Of a stretch of DNA of 64,000 nt, positions 9,043-17,668 are shown one piece after another (within the stretch, counting starts at the first letter, position 1; every line of letters starts with the position of its first letter). The stretch lies in assembly GCA_963793115.1 (NCBI GenBank), contig CAWBYV010000010.1, forward strand, positions 576,755-640,754, read 5' to 3'. The position numbers were made by a program, and so were the translations under genes. The notes beneath the pieces were generated by a model. The model was not told the origin of the DNA, searched no databases, and saw only the letters and a program-made list of their open reading frames with translations. The DNA comes from an uncultured delta proteobacterium (GTDB taxonomy: Bacteria > Desulfobacterota > Binatia > Binatales > Binataceae).

Positions 9043-9597
9043 TCACCTGTGGCGGGAAGCGCGTGCGCGAGACGCTCGAGTGGCAGGGCGGCGTCGAAGC
9101 GCCTCAGGCATGCCGTCATGGGGTCCCATGCGCCGCTTCGGAACATCTTCCCACCATGCGCTCCATGGCATGTCGTTGCGGCGTTTAGGGTGCAGCGGAT
9201 AGTAGATCCGGCTGTCGCGCCTTGAAGCCTCGCCTCCCACTAGTAACACGGCCTCGTGCTCGCCGTTGTTTATGAAGCAATGGCAAATGCCGGTACCCGC
9301 AGGAAAAGCCGCAAAGTCTCCGGGCCGCATCGCGTGAAGAAAGCCGTCTACCCACGCGTCCACCTCACCCTCAAGAACGTACACAAACTCTTCTTCTTTC
9401 TCCTCGGCGTGGGGCCAGGAACTCCGCTCTCCCGGCGGCAATCGCATCAGGTTCACGCCGATCTTGAGGAGGCCAGCAGCTTTGCCGATGCTCCGTTGAT
9501 AGCCGATGTATTCGTCGCTGTTCGGATACTGGTGGCGCGTCTCGAGACACGACGCGGCAGCAATGATGAATGGTGGTCGTTGGTGGCGATTGCTCAT
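9043..9597 (-). CDS. cupin domain protein
   Basis: Cupin-like core ..SSWPHAEEKEEEFVYVLEGEVDAWVDG..MRPGDFAAFPAGTGICHCFINNG. The ATG at 9597 (MSNRHQ..) is preferred over the upstream track start. Confidence 0.7.
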   Translation of the reverse strand: MSNRHQRPPFIIAAASCLETRHQYPNSDEYIGYQRSIGKAAGLLKIGVNLMRLPPGERSSWPHAEEKEEEFVYVLEGEVDAWVDGFLHAMRPGDFAAFPAGTGICHCFINNGEHEAVLLVGGEASRRDSRIYYPLHPKRRNDMPWSAWWEDVPKRRMGPHDGMPEALRRRPATRASRARASRHR

Positions 9598-9978
9598 GCC
9601 GTCCTGTAACACAGCCGGAGAGCAGAGTGTAGACAACTGTGCGGTGTCCTTTAGGCATTTCCTTTTGCGGGAGCGATTGGAGAAGGGAGTGCGGTATGAC
9701 TTTTTGGGGGATATGTTCCTTCGCAAGTCCATCTGTTACGGCTTTTGATTGACTCCTGCACGGTGTGCGCGCGCACCGGAGTGTGAGCCTTTGAGTTCGG
9801 CGGCCTCGCGATCGCGGGCGCGAGGCGCGAGGCGTGCGGTTGCGCGGGCGCTGGTTCCAGAGCAAGCTGCAACGAGGCCCGTCTCACTTTGCGACCTTCG
9901 CCAGCGGCTGGACAAGCACATCCTTGCATTCTTCGGGAAAACCCGTTCACCTATTGCGCCGATGGAAGGAGAACGAAA

Positions 9979-10668
9979 ATGATTGACCTCTACTATTGGC
10001 CTACGCCGAACGGACACAAGATCACGATCTTTCTCGAGGAAACCGGGCTGGAATACCGTATCGTTCCGGTCAACATCCGCGAGGGCGATCAGTTCAAGCC
10101 CGAGTTCCTGAAGATCAGTCCCAACAACCGGATGCCCGCGATCGTCGATTCCGACGGACCCGGCGGCAAGCCGATTTCGCTATTCGAGTCGGGCGCGATC
10201 CTGCTCTATCTTGGCGAGAAGACCGGCAAGCTCCTGCCGTCCGAAATGCGCGCGCGTTATGAAGTTGTTCAGTGGCTGATGTTCCAAATGGCGAACGTCG
10301 GTCCCATGTTCGGCCAGCGCGGCCATTTTCTGCGTGCGGCACCCGAGAAGATTCCGTACGCGATCGAACGCTACACCAACGAGTCGCGGCGGCTGCTCGA
10401 TGTGATGGACCGGCGCCTTGGCCAGTCCGCATACCTGGCGGGCGATTACTCGATCGCCGACATCGCAACCTACCCGTGGGTAGCCGGAGTCCGGCGTGAA
10501 CCGGAACAGCTCGAGAGCCGGCCCAATTTCAAGCGCTGGCTCGATGCGATTTCAGAGCGTCCCGCGGTAAAGCGCGGCCTCGCGGTGATGGCCGGCCTGC
10601 CGCAACAGCCGCTCGACGACAAGGCGCGATCGATACTGTACGGCGCCAAGCAGTTCGAGCGCCGCTGA
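9979..10668 (+). CDS. yfcG: glutathione S-transferase, YfcG-like (Nu class)
   Basis: MIDLYYWPTPNGHKITIFLEETGLEYRIVPVNIREGDQFKPEFLKISPNNRMPAIVD closely resembles the E. coli YfcG N-terminus as I recall it. GGAAGGAG RBS upstream of the ATG at 9979. Confidence 0.8.
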   Translation: MIDLYYWPTPNGHKITIFLEETGLEYRIVPVNIREGDQFKPEFLKISPNNRMPAIVDSDGPGGKPISLFESGAILLYLGEKTGKLLPSEMRARYEVVQWLMFQMANVGPMFGQRGHFLRAAPEKIPYAIERYTNESRRLLDVMDRRLGQSAYLAGDYSIADIATYPWVAGVRREPEQLESRPNFKRWLDAISERPAVKRGLAVMAGLPQQPLDDKARSILYGAKQFERR

Positions 10669-10760
10669 TTATCACCGGGTCGCGGCAGCGTGCCATCGGC
10701 TCTCCAGTTGACTATCGAGCGGCGTCGTGTCTTCACTCTGAGACCGCAGGAGCTGTCTCG

Positions 10761-11198
10761 ATGAGCGGCACAACAAAAGGGGGAGGCTTGCCAATGGAAC
10801 AATCCCGCGGCCCGGTGCTCACGGTCTTCGCGGTCCTGTTCGTCGTCCTAGCAATCTCGAATTTTCTGAAACCGCTCCATCTCGGCGATCCCAGCTCCGG
10901 CCTGGTTATTTTCGGGATCAAGACGGTCGGGCTGGCGAACGCGATCCTCGCACCGCTGTTCGGAATTTTCCTGATCGTCTATGCGGTCGGGATCTGGCGG
11001 ATGCGGCGATGGGCGCTGCCGATCGCGTACGCTTATGCGGGATATGTGATCTTGAACATGATCCTCTTCAGCGTGTTCAGCGCGGGAGCCTCCAACCGGC
11101 CCTCAATCGCCTTCATCGTTTTGTCTCTCGTCGCCGGAATTGGTGTTCCGGCCGCAACTGCGATTCTGCTTTCGCGCCGCAAGGCGCAACTGACCTGA
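10761..11198 (+). CDS. small integral membrane protein (about 4 TM)
   Basis: Four hydrophobic stretches (VLTVFAVLFVVLAI, ILAPLFGIFLIVYAV, LPIAYAYAGYVILNMILF, IAFIVLSLVAGIGVPAATAILL). No family recognised. Confidence 0.6.
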   Translation: MSGTTKGGGLPMEQSRGPVLTVFAVLFVVLAISNFLKPLHLGDPSSGLVIFGIKTVGLANAILAPLFGIFLIVYAVGIWRMRRWALPIAYAYAGYVILNMILFSVFSAGASNRPSIAFIVLSLVAGIGVPAATAILLSRRKAQLT

Positions 11199-11257
11199 CC
11201 CTCCGCGATCGTTCGCACATCTGCGATCCCGCACGAGGCGCGAGGCTGAGAGGCGAA

Positions 11258-12862
11258 ATGAAAGTCGACGATTTTCTAAGAGCAGTGGAATGCCTCACCG
11301 GCAGCAAACTCAAGCAGGTCAGCCAAGCCGACAAAGACTGTCTTCGCGACCTGTTAGCGAATGACGATGCGCGCATAGACTGTTCCCAGTTCAACGAACT
11401 TTTACTTCTAGTCAACAAGGATAGGCTCGAGCTGCCGTTCTTTCTGTACTTCTTCACGCAGAAGTGCCGGGTCAAGGGCATAGCTGCAGCAGTCAGCCGG
11501 TTTCAACAGGCCGCGATGCTCAGGTACGGCAATTTCATTTGGGCGTATCGAACTCTTTCCCGCATCAAGGAGCGATCGGCCCTTATGCTCGAATTAGGCG
11601 AGTTCGGGCTCCAGCCGAACGCGGAACTCAAGAGACTGAAGAGCCGACGCTCCAAACTTTTAGAAATCGATTCTGTGGATCGAGAACAGACAGTTCTCCT
11701 CGGCTATCTGTCCTCGGTAGATATCGCCGCCGATAAAGAGAGAAGCGAGTTCTTGAAACGAGTTGAAGCCGTTCTTGGCCCAAAGGCGACGCTTGGCTCG
11801 TTGAGATCAGCGGTAGCGAAATTTGCTAGGCCGGACGCGCGAGCAGATCTACTCGGATTGGTGGCCAAGTTCGCAAGGATAAGGAATACTAACTCGATGG
11901 AGCGTTTTCGCGACTTTCTAGACGAATCGGCCGTGAGGATTGAAGCTAACCGGGCAACGTTGGAATCGGTTCAATCGAGAGGTAGGCGCAACCAAGAGAT
12001 TTACCTCACTTGGGATCATATGGATATCTACTTCGCCACGTCGATGCGAAAACCATGGGAGTTTCGTGATCTTTATGACTTCATTAAACAGCTAATGTCT
12101 ACGAGGAGATTGAAGCAACTGAAATTACGCCATTTCGATCCAACACAAAGTTTCACGCCTCACAGGATTAACAAGGGCCTGCTCGAAGCTTTGATGCTAA
12201 AAAGGGCGAAATGCACAGTCTACTCTGTCCAAGATGCTGATACCCTGGGCAAGGATTCGGAGTTGGCGGCAACGCTGGCGCAGGGAAAGCCGGTAGTCGC
12301 ATACGTGCCCGAAGTCCACGTCCAAAAGAGGTCGATCGAGTTGTCGAAGGAGGAGCCAACAACGATTCTCGAGCGTCTGAAGTTCGTACTATACGCTGAC
12401 GAATCTTTCAGTCGTAATGTGAGCTCCGCCGACTACGAGTTTGTGAGGGGGCTCGATGAGGAGAAATTGGCCGACTCAAGAATCTGGAGGTCTGTTCCGG
12501 ACTCTGACGCCACGAGCGAAATCCGCCGGAGGTTTCGGCAAGAGATCAGGCGGCTTTGCGACATAATTGCGTCCGCCGAGAAGAGAATTTATGATGTGAG
12601 AGCAGGGACGCTACGACAGTTCCATCCATTGGCGCTTCAGGTTAATCTCGACACCGGCGTCGCCAACGGTGTTCTCGTGGTCAGAGAAGTCGAACAGTGC
12701 TCAAGGCTCCTGTGGAACATCGTGACCAGGACGATGGATTTCGAGCTTGAGGAGGATGGGGATCTCTGGTACCTTCGCGAGCGCATCAGCAATTGCGTTT
12801 ACCGCGTTGTTACGAAAGACCGGAAGTTGAGCAATTGCTTCTGGAACTTCTACCTGCGTTGA
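11258..12862 (+). CDS. hypothetical 534-aa protein with central nucleoside 2-deoxyribosyltransferase-like (Rossmann) module
   Basis: Markedly AT-richer than its flanks. The start is MKVDDFL.. at 11258. The centre, DIYFATSMR ... FDPT ... VQDADTLGKDSELAATLAQGKPVVAY, resembles the sugar-nucleotide-binding D-x-G-(T)-x-x-E-x-G-x-A-x-x-x-GKPV signature of that fold. Confidence 0.65.
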   Translation: MKVDDFLRAVECLTGSKLKQVSQADKDCLRDLLANDDARIDCSQFNELLLLVNKDRLELPFFLYFFTQKCRVKGIAAAVSRFQQAAMLRYGNFIWAYRTLSRIKERSALMLELGEFGLQPNAELKRLKSRRSKLLEIDSVDREQTVLLGYLSSVDIAADKERSEFLKRVEAVLGPKATLGSLRSAVAKFARPDARADLLGLVAKFARIRNTNSMERFRDFLDESAVRIEANRATLESVQSRGRRNQEIYLTWDHMDIYFATSMRKPWEFRDLYDFIKQLMSTRRLKQLKLRHFDPTQSFTPHRINKGLLEALMLKRAKCTVYSVQDADTLGKDSELAATLAQGKPVVAYVPEVHVQKRSIELSKEEPTTILERLKFVLYADESFSRNVSSADYEFVRGLDEEKLADSRIWRSVPDSDATSEIRRRFRQEIRRLCDIIASAEKRIYDVRAGTLRQFHPLALQVNLDTGVANGVLVVREVEQCSRLLWNIVTRTMDFELEEDGDLWYLRERISNCVYRVVTKDRKLSNCFWNFYLR

Positions 12863-12890
12863 TGGATGAAGATGAAGAGGAGGATGACCT

Positions 12891-13070
12891 GTGGCTCGTG
12901 ACAGCAAACTGATGCTTCGCCGGCAGGTTCGCCAAGATTTTTTGAGCTTTGACGAGCGCGCATCATATGATCTTGACCAGATTCGTGCGGAATTTCGCAA
13001 GAAGATCTATTCGCGCGAAGGACTACGCCTCGTCAAGCAGCCAGGGAGCAAGTCAAAGAAGCGCGGTTGA
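12891..13070 (+). CDS. possible small basic protein (59 aa)
   Basis: GTG at 12891 preceded by GAGGAGG with a 7-8 nt spacer. Reads (M)ARDSKLMLRRQVRQDFLSFDERASYDLDQIRAEFRKKIYSREGLRLVKQPGSKSKKRG. Below the ORF-track cutoff. It has the same AT-rich composition as the upstream gene. Confidence 0.3.
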   Translation: MARDSKLMLRRQVRQDFLSFDERASYDLDQIRAEFRKKIYSREGLRLVKQPGSKSKKRG

Positions 13071-13336
13071 ATACGGGCAGTTTCCAGAACCAAGATAGAA
13101 CCCGCTGCTCCGCGGTTCGCCTCGTCCTCTTCTGATCTCAGCTTCCTACCTGGGAGAATGGTCTCGTGATCTGCTGTATCGGTGGCCCTATCTGTGCCGG
13201 TCGTGAAAATCCCGCTTTCGACACCGACAACGATAACCCCTTGGGTCGCCCCCCAAATCTGTTACCCGTGACGGCGCCGGATGCGATACGCTGTGTGGCG
13301 GGAGCACGACTATGGCCAAGCAAGGACGTTTGAATC

Positions 13337-14056
13337 TTGACCGATGCGGCTATTCGATGCCCGGCGGATGCGCCGGCGTATCAACGGCCGCCATTCTACT
13401 ATCGCGGCGCGCGCTCGATCGCAGTCGCCTTCGAGACCGACGTCGATGCTGCGTTGGAGGTGCTTCCGTCGCCGCTTGCTCTGAGCGAGCCGGCGATCGC
13501 GGCGCTATCGTTCTACGAATATCCCTGGAGCACCTTCGGCCCGTACGACGAAGCGATTCTGTCGCTGATGGTTGAGCACCAGGGCCGGCCTTTGCTCTAT
13601 ATCCAGCAGATCGCCGTGACGACGGAGCCGCCGATGCTGGGCGGACGCGAGATCTGGGGCTTCCCCAAAAAGCTCGCGGCAATCGAGTTCAAGTCCGAAC
13701 GCGACATGCTCTTCGGCACGCTGGAGCGGCCGGCGGGACTGCGACTGGCAAGCGCCGTCGTCCGTCCCGAGCGGCCGGCCTCGCAGTCCCTCAGCGCGCC
13801 ACGTTCGGCCGTCAGCTTGCGGCTCATCCCGTCGCCCGAACAGCGTGCCGAGCGGCCGTCATGCGCCGAACTGGTCGAATGCGAAGCCGAGCAGAAAATC
13901 ATCGAGGCGTGGGAGGGCGAGGGTTCGATTTCATTTGCCGAACACTCCTCGCTCGATCCGTGGGACCGCTTCCCCGTCAAGCGCGTGCTCTCGGCGAGCT
14001 ATCTGGTCTACGACATGACGCTCGGCTTCGGCAAAGTGATCGCCCAACTGCGCTAG
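13337..14056 (+). CDS. acetoacetate decarboxylase family protein
   Basis: Contains PPFYYRGARSI.. and ..EPPMLGGREIWGFPKKLAAIEF, typical of the ADC family. TTG start as in the track. Confidence 0.75.
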   Translation: MTDAAIRCPADAPAYQRPPFYYRGARSIAVAFETDVDAALEVLPSPLALSEPAIAALSFYEYPWSTFGPYDEAILSLMVEHQGRPLLYIQQIAVTTEPPMLGGREIWGFPKKLAAIEFKSERDMLFGTLERPAGLRLASAVVRPERPASQSLSAPRSAVSLRLIPSPEQRAERPSCAELVECEAEQKIIEAWEGEGSISFAEHSSLDPWDRFPVKRVLSASYLVYDMTLGFGKVIAQLR

Positions 14057-15099
14057 ACCTTGAACCGGACGTGGATGATGTCTCCGTCCTGCATCACGTA
14101 GTCCTTGCCCTCGAGCCTGAACTTGCCGGCCTCTTTGACCTTCGCCTCCGAGCCCGCCGCAACAAAGTCGTCGTAGCCCATCACCTCGCATCGGATGAAC
14201 CCGCGCGCGATGTCGCTGTGGATCTCGGCGGCGGCTTCCAGCGCGGTCGCGCCGCGCCGCAGCGGCCAGGCATGGGCTTCGGGCTCGCCGACGGTGTAGA
14301 ACGTGATCAACCCGAGATGGCGGTACAGGGCGGCGATCAGGCGCTCGCGCGCCTGCTGCTCAAGGCCGGCTTCTTTCAGCAATTCGTGCTGCGCGCCGGG
14401 ATCGAGCTCCCATAGCTCGGACTCGAAGGCAGCCGCGAGCCTGAAAACGTCGAGCTGATGAGTGCTCAGGGCTGCGCGCTCGGCCTCGCTCAGCTCCGCG
14501 GTCGCATTCTCTGGGTCGCAGTTGACGGCCACCATCGCGGGCTTGCGCGAGATAAAGCCGAAGCTCGAAAAGGCCTGCAGCTCCTGCGCCGTCATCTCGA
14601 GCATCCTGAGCGCCTTTCCGGTCTCCAGCCACTTGAGGCATCGCTCGAGCGCGGCGCGCTCGAAGTCGCTGGTGCCCTTTTCCTTCTTGAGCCGCTCGTG
14701 ACGCCGCTCGGCCTGCTCGAAGTCGGCGAACACCAATTCCGCCGCGATCGCCTCGACCGCGGGAGCAAGCGCGACCTGATTGCCCGCGAACTGCGGAATT
14801 ACGATCAGCAACGCATCGAGATCGCGAATCAGCGGAATGAGGCTCAAGTCGAGCGCCGCGCCTTCCTTCTGTTCCTTGGGATTGGGCGCGAAGTCGAGCA
14901 TCGTCAGTTCCGCGGGGACGAGTTTCTTCGAGCGATGGGCGACCGAGAGGAAATCGAGCCGCGGATCGGAAACCTTGATCTGCCCCAGCCGCGCGCGATT
15001 TTTCTGGTCGCCCTGCCCAGGCAGCGGCGCAAGGCCCGTCAGCGCGTGAAATACTGTTGACTTGCCGGCGCCGCGCGCGCCGATGATTCCAGACTTCAA
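14053..15099 (-). CDS. ychF: redox-regulated ATPase YchF
   Basis: N-terminal P-loop GIIGARGAGKSTVFHALTG. C-terminal GKDYVMQDGDIIHVRFKV matches the YchF tail. TTG start. Its stop overlaps the convergent ADC stop within CTAG at 14053-14056. Confidence 0.8.
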   Translation of the reverse strand: MKSGIIGARGAGKSTVFHALTGLAPLPGQGDQKNRARLGQIKVSDPRLDFLSVAHRSKKLVPAELTMLDFAPNPKEQKEGAALDLSLIPLIRDLDALLIVIPQFAGNQVALAPAVEAIAAELVFADFEQAERRHERLKKEKGTSDFERAALERCLKWLETGKALRMLEMTAQELQAFSSFGFISRKPAMVAVNCDPENATAELSEAERAALSTHQLDVFRLAAAFESELWELDPGAQHELLKEAGLEQQARERLIAALYRHLGLITFYTVGEPEAHAWPLRRGATALEAAAEIHSDIARGFIRCEVMGYDDFVAAGSEAKVKEAGKFRLEGKDYVMQDGDIIHVRFKV

Positions 15100-15322
15100 G
15101 GCCGATGCTCCAAAGCCTCAGAGCGTGCCACATCGCGCGCTGGCGAGAAAGCGATCGCCGGGCGCGGTACTGGCCGGTTCCGGCCAATCGCCCCCGCCCA
15201 AATCCAAAACCAGCCAATCGCGCCGGAATCGAGCGGGATTCATCGCGTGCCCGCTGGCGGTCCTGTTGTGGCTTCTATTGGGGGCAGTTGCGGTTGATTG
15301 CACTGTCGCAAGACACTCGCCG

Positions 15323-16204
15323 TCAGGGATCGGAACTCGTGCTATTGCCTTCGTTGGAAGGGTGCAACCAGTAATTGGGGTCGGTTTGACCCGCTCTCGG
15401 ATCGAGTTCGTAATTAAAGCGGGTGCGGTACCACTGGTCGTCGCCCCCCGCATAGTCGAAACAGCCACGCAGATCGAAAACCGAATCGGGCGGGGCGGTC
15501 GGCATTGGCGATGGCACGGGCGATTTCAACAGTTGTCGGAAGTAAGTAATCGTCTTTGGGTCTACGGGGGGGTCGCTCGTCTTCCTCGACAAATAGGGCA
15601 CTCCCGGCAGCAGCACGAACCCACTCTTTTCGTGGAGCGGCTTGCCTTCACAATTCTCTCTGGCTTTATTGTCAGCTGGAGAATTCTTCGGATTGAACTC
15701 CATGTATACACTCAAAACATAATTTGCGGGCGAGTGACCGCCATTTTGGATCAGAACCCCTACACCCACGTGGTCATTATCTACCAACGGTCGCAGCACG
15801 GCCTGAATGACGCCGACCCAAGGCCGCTCGACAGCCTCCGTCAATCTGTACTGCCAATAGGCCACGAGAAAGAGGGCGAACGTCGCGAACGCGAGTGCAA
15901 CACTCCAGAATTCTATCGCATTCTTTGGCCAGTACCGGCGAACGCAATTCCAGGGCCAGAGGAAACACTTCATTGGGTCACAGTCGGCTTGTCGATCATT
16001 AGCATTTGGGTCGGCGTCCTTTCGGTTGCGCGGGAGGAAAGGGTCGAACTGGCCACCCTCGCCGTTATCGTCGGCGGGTTGCTGCTCCTCTGGTCTCTGG
16101 GGTGATGGGACATTGTATTTTATCAGAACGCAGATTAGCGCTCCCAGGGCGTCGAGTGGCGGGATCGCACAGACGATCAACCAAATGATCACGGGCCATT
16201 GCAT
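15323..16204 (-). CDS. hypothetical membrane protein
   Basis: AT-richer islet. Two hydrophobic helices (VIIWLIVCAIPPLDALGALICVLI, FWSVALAFATFALFLVAYW). Its composition is more protein-like than the Arg-rich antisense ORF 15062-16105. Confidence 0.45.
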   Translation of the reverse strand: MQWPVIIWLIVCAIPPLDALGALICVLIKYNVPSPQRPEEQQPADDNGEGGQFDPFLPRNRKDADPNANDRQADCDPMKCFLWPWNCVRRYWPKNAIEFWSVALAFATFALFLVAYWQYRLTEAVERPWVGVIQAVLRPLVDNDHVGVGVLIQNGGHSPANYVLSVYMEFNPKNSPADNKARENCEGKPLHEKSGFVLLPGVPYLSRKTSDPPVDPKTITYFRQLLKSPVPSPMPTAPPDSVFDLRGCFDYAGGDDQWYRTRFNYELDPRAGQTDPNYWLHPSNEGNSTSSDP

Positions 16205-16497
16205 CTCTCCGGGTCGCCCCCTTTCCTGCGTAATACGTACATCACAATCAACCTCGGCTGCTAACGCTTTGGTCGTAGCTTCCCGCCCAATATCACGGGC
16301 GGCTTGAACGGCGTGTATCCGGGCCGCAGTGTCGTCGGCTGCGTCGGTCTCGGAGGCGGCGGCACTTCTGACGGCTCAAGTGCGGCCTGCACAAGCTCCG
16401 CGATGCTCCAGATATGATCCGTCACGCTCCACCGTGTTTACGATCGCCAGCGACCGCGTGCCTGGAGTAAGAGAATTGGGGTAAGGGAGAAACCCAT

Positions 16498-16947
16498 ATG
16501 CCTTCAGGACTGATCTCGACTGATAACGATCCCGCAGTCGCGATCGTGCGCATCGTTTTGGGAGCGGTAATTCTGGCGCACGGGTCGCAGAAAATGCTCG
16601 GCTGGTTCGGCGGCGACGGGTTCAGCGCCACCATGGGCTTCTTCACGAAGGTGATGCACATTCCGGCGCCGCTCGCGTTGCTGGCCATCTGCGCGGAGTT
16701 CTTCGGCGGCCTGGGGCTGATTGTGGGGTTGCTCGCGCGCGTCGCCGCGCTCGGTATTGCGGCCAACATGGTGGTGGCGATCGCCACCGTGCATTATCAG
16801 TTCGGTTTCTTCATGAACTGGTTTGGCAAGCAGAAGGGCGAAGGTTTCGAGTATCACCTGCTCGCAATCGCGATGGCGGTGCTTGTGGTGATGAGCGGCG
16901 CGGGAGCCTTTTCGCTGGACCGCTGGCTGTCGAATGTCGCGGGCTAG
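16498..16947 (+). CDS. DoxX family membrane protein
   Basis: IVRIVLGAVILAHGSQKMLGWFGG.. and FFGGLGLIVGLLARVAALGIAANMVVA are typical of DoxX. GGGAGAAACCC precedes the ATG. Confidence 0.85.
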   Translation: MPSGLISTDNDPAVAIVRIVLGAVILAHGSQKMLGWFGGDGFSATMGFFTKVMHIPAPLALLAICAEFFGGLGLIVGLLARVAALGIAANMVVAIATVHYQFGFFMNWFGKQKGEGFEYHLLAIAMAVLVVMSGAGAFSLDRWLSNVAG

Positions 16948-16972
16948 AATGCGATAGCCATTTAGGGACCAT

Positions 16973-16990
16973 CCCGTTGGACCATCCGGA
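16973..16990 (+). promoter_or_regulatory. 18-nt motif CCCGTTGGACCATCCGGA, copy 1 (31 nt upstream of the 17021 start)
   Basis: Exact repeat of 17615-17632. Preceded by a partial extra copy, GGACCATCC. Confidence 0.4.
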
Positions 16991-17020
16991 TTGGGAATTC
17001 ACCGCATGGAGAGAAACCTG

Positions 17021-17548
17021 ATGCGAAAGTTAGTTGCCGTGACCACGATGCTGCTGATTGTCAGCGCTGCACCGAACGCGCGCGCCGCCGACGCGATAAA
17101 ACTCTACCAGGCGCTGCTCAACAAGCAGCCGGAGCAGATGCCCAAGGGATTTTCCTCCGCGGCCTTGGGCTCGATCAATCTAAATGCAGCGTCCCAGCGA
17201 GCCGGGATGGTTGGGATCGCCAAAATCACTTTTGCGGGCAAGAACTCGAGCGGCGAAGTACGATATGCGGTGTTTTCCACCAAGGAAGATTTTGAAAGCT
17301 ATGTCAGGGATTTCAGCATGCCAGGGAATCCGATATTTTTCCCCTACTTTCCGGAAGCGAAGTGCACCTCTCATGGCAACCAGCAGGCGTGCGAAGTTGA
17401 AGATGGCACCGTCATGATCATCGCGATCACCCGCGACCTGACGCAGGGGGTTCACGGAACGACCGCGGGTATTTTGGGGAACGCCGCGCTCGATCATCTC
17501 CGGAGCGTCAGGCAATCGATTGGGCAAGCCGCGCCGCCGCCGGAGTGA
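17021..17548 (+). CDS. secreted hypothetical protein
   Basis: Signal peptide MRKLVAVTTMLLIVSAAPNARA-AD. No family recognised. Confidence 0.6.
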   Translation: MRKLVAVTTMLLIVSAAPNARAADAIKLYQALLNKQPEQMPKGFSSAALGSINLNAASQRAGMVGIAKITFAGKNSSGEVRYAVFSTKEDFESYVRDFSMPGNPIFFPYFPEAKCTSHGNQQACEVEDGTVMIIAITRDLTQGVHGTTAGILGNAALDHLRSVRQSIGQAAPPPE

Positions 17549-17614
17549 GCGGATCGCCGCCCGGCGCGAACGGATCGGTGCTATTAGTTGCGCGGTTGGC
17601 TCTGGAGCGACCAG

Positions 17615-17632
17615 CCCGTTGGACCATCCGGA
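17615..17632 (+). promoter_or_regulatory. 18-nt motif CCCGTTGGACCATCCGGA, copy 2 (37 nt upstream of the 17669 start)
   Basis: Exact repeat of 16973-16990. Confidence 0.4.
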
Positions 17633-17668
17633 GCGAGAGAAGTCATCGACCGCCAAGGAGTCCCCGCG

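Noticed and set aside
12862-12912. 16-codon acidic ORF MDEDEEEDDLWLVTAN, chained by TGATG overlaps between the 534-aa gene and the next small ORF.
   Set aside because: It is too short to support on its own. Its purine-rich sequence also doubles as the SD (GAGGAGG) for the GTG at 12891. It is mentioned under the 11258-13070 finding rather than called as a feature.
14053-15099. Atypical YchF P-loop (GARGAGKST instead of the usual GLPNVGKST) as a sign of a different GTPase family.
   Set aside because: The length, the overall layout and the diagnostic C-terminal GKDY..QDGD..H.RF.V tail fit YchF. The Walker A consensus GxxxxGK(S/T) is intact.
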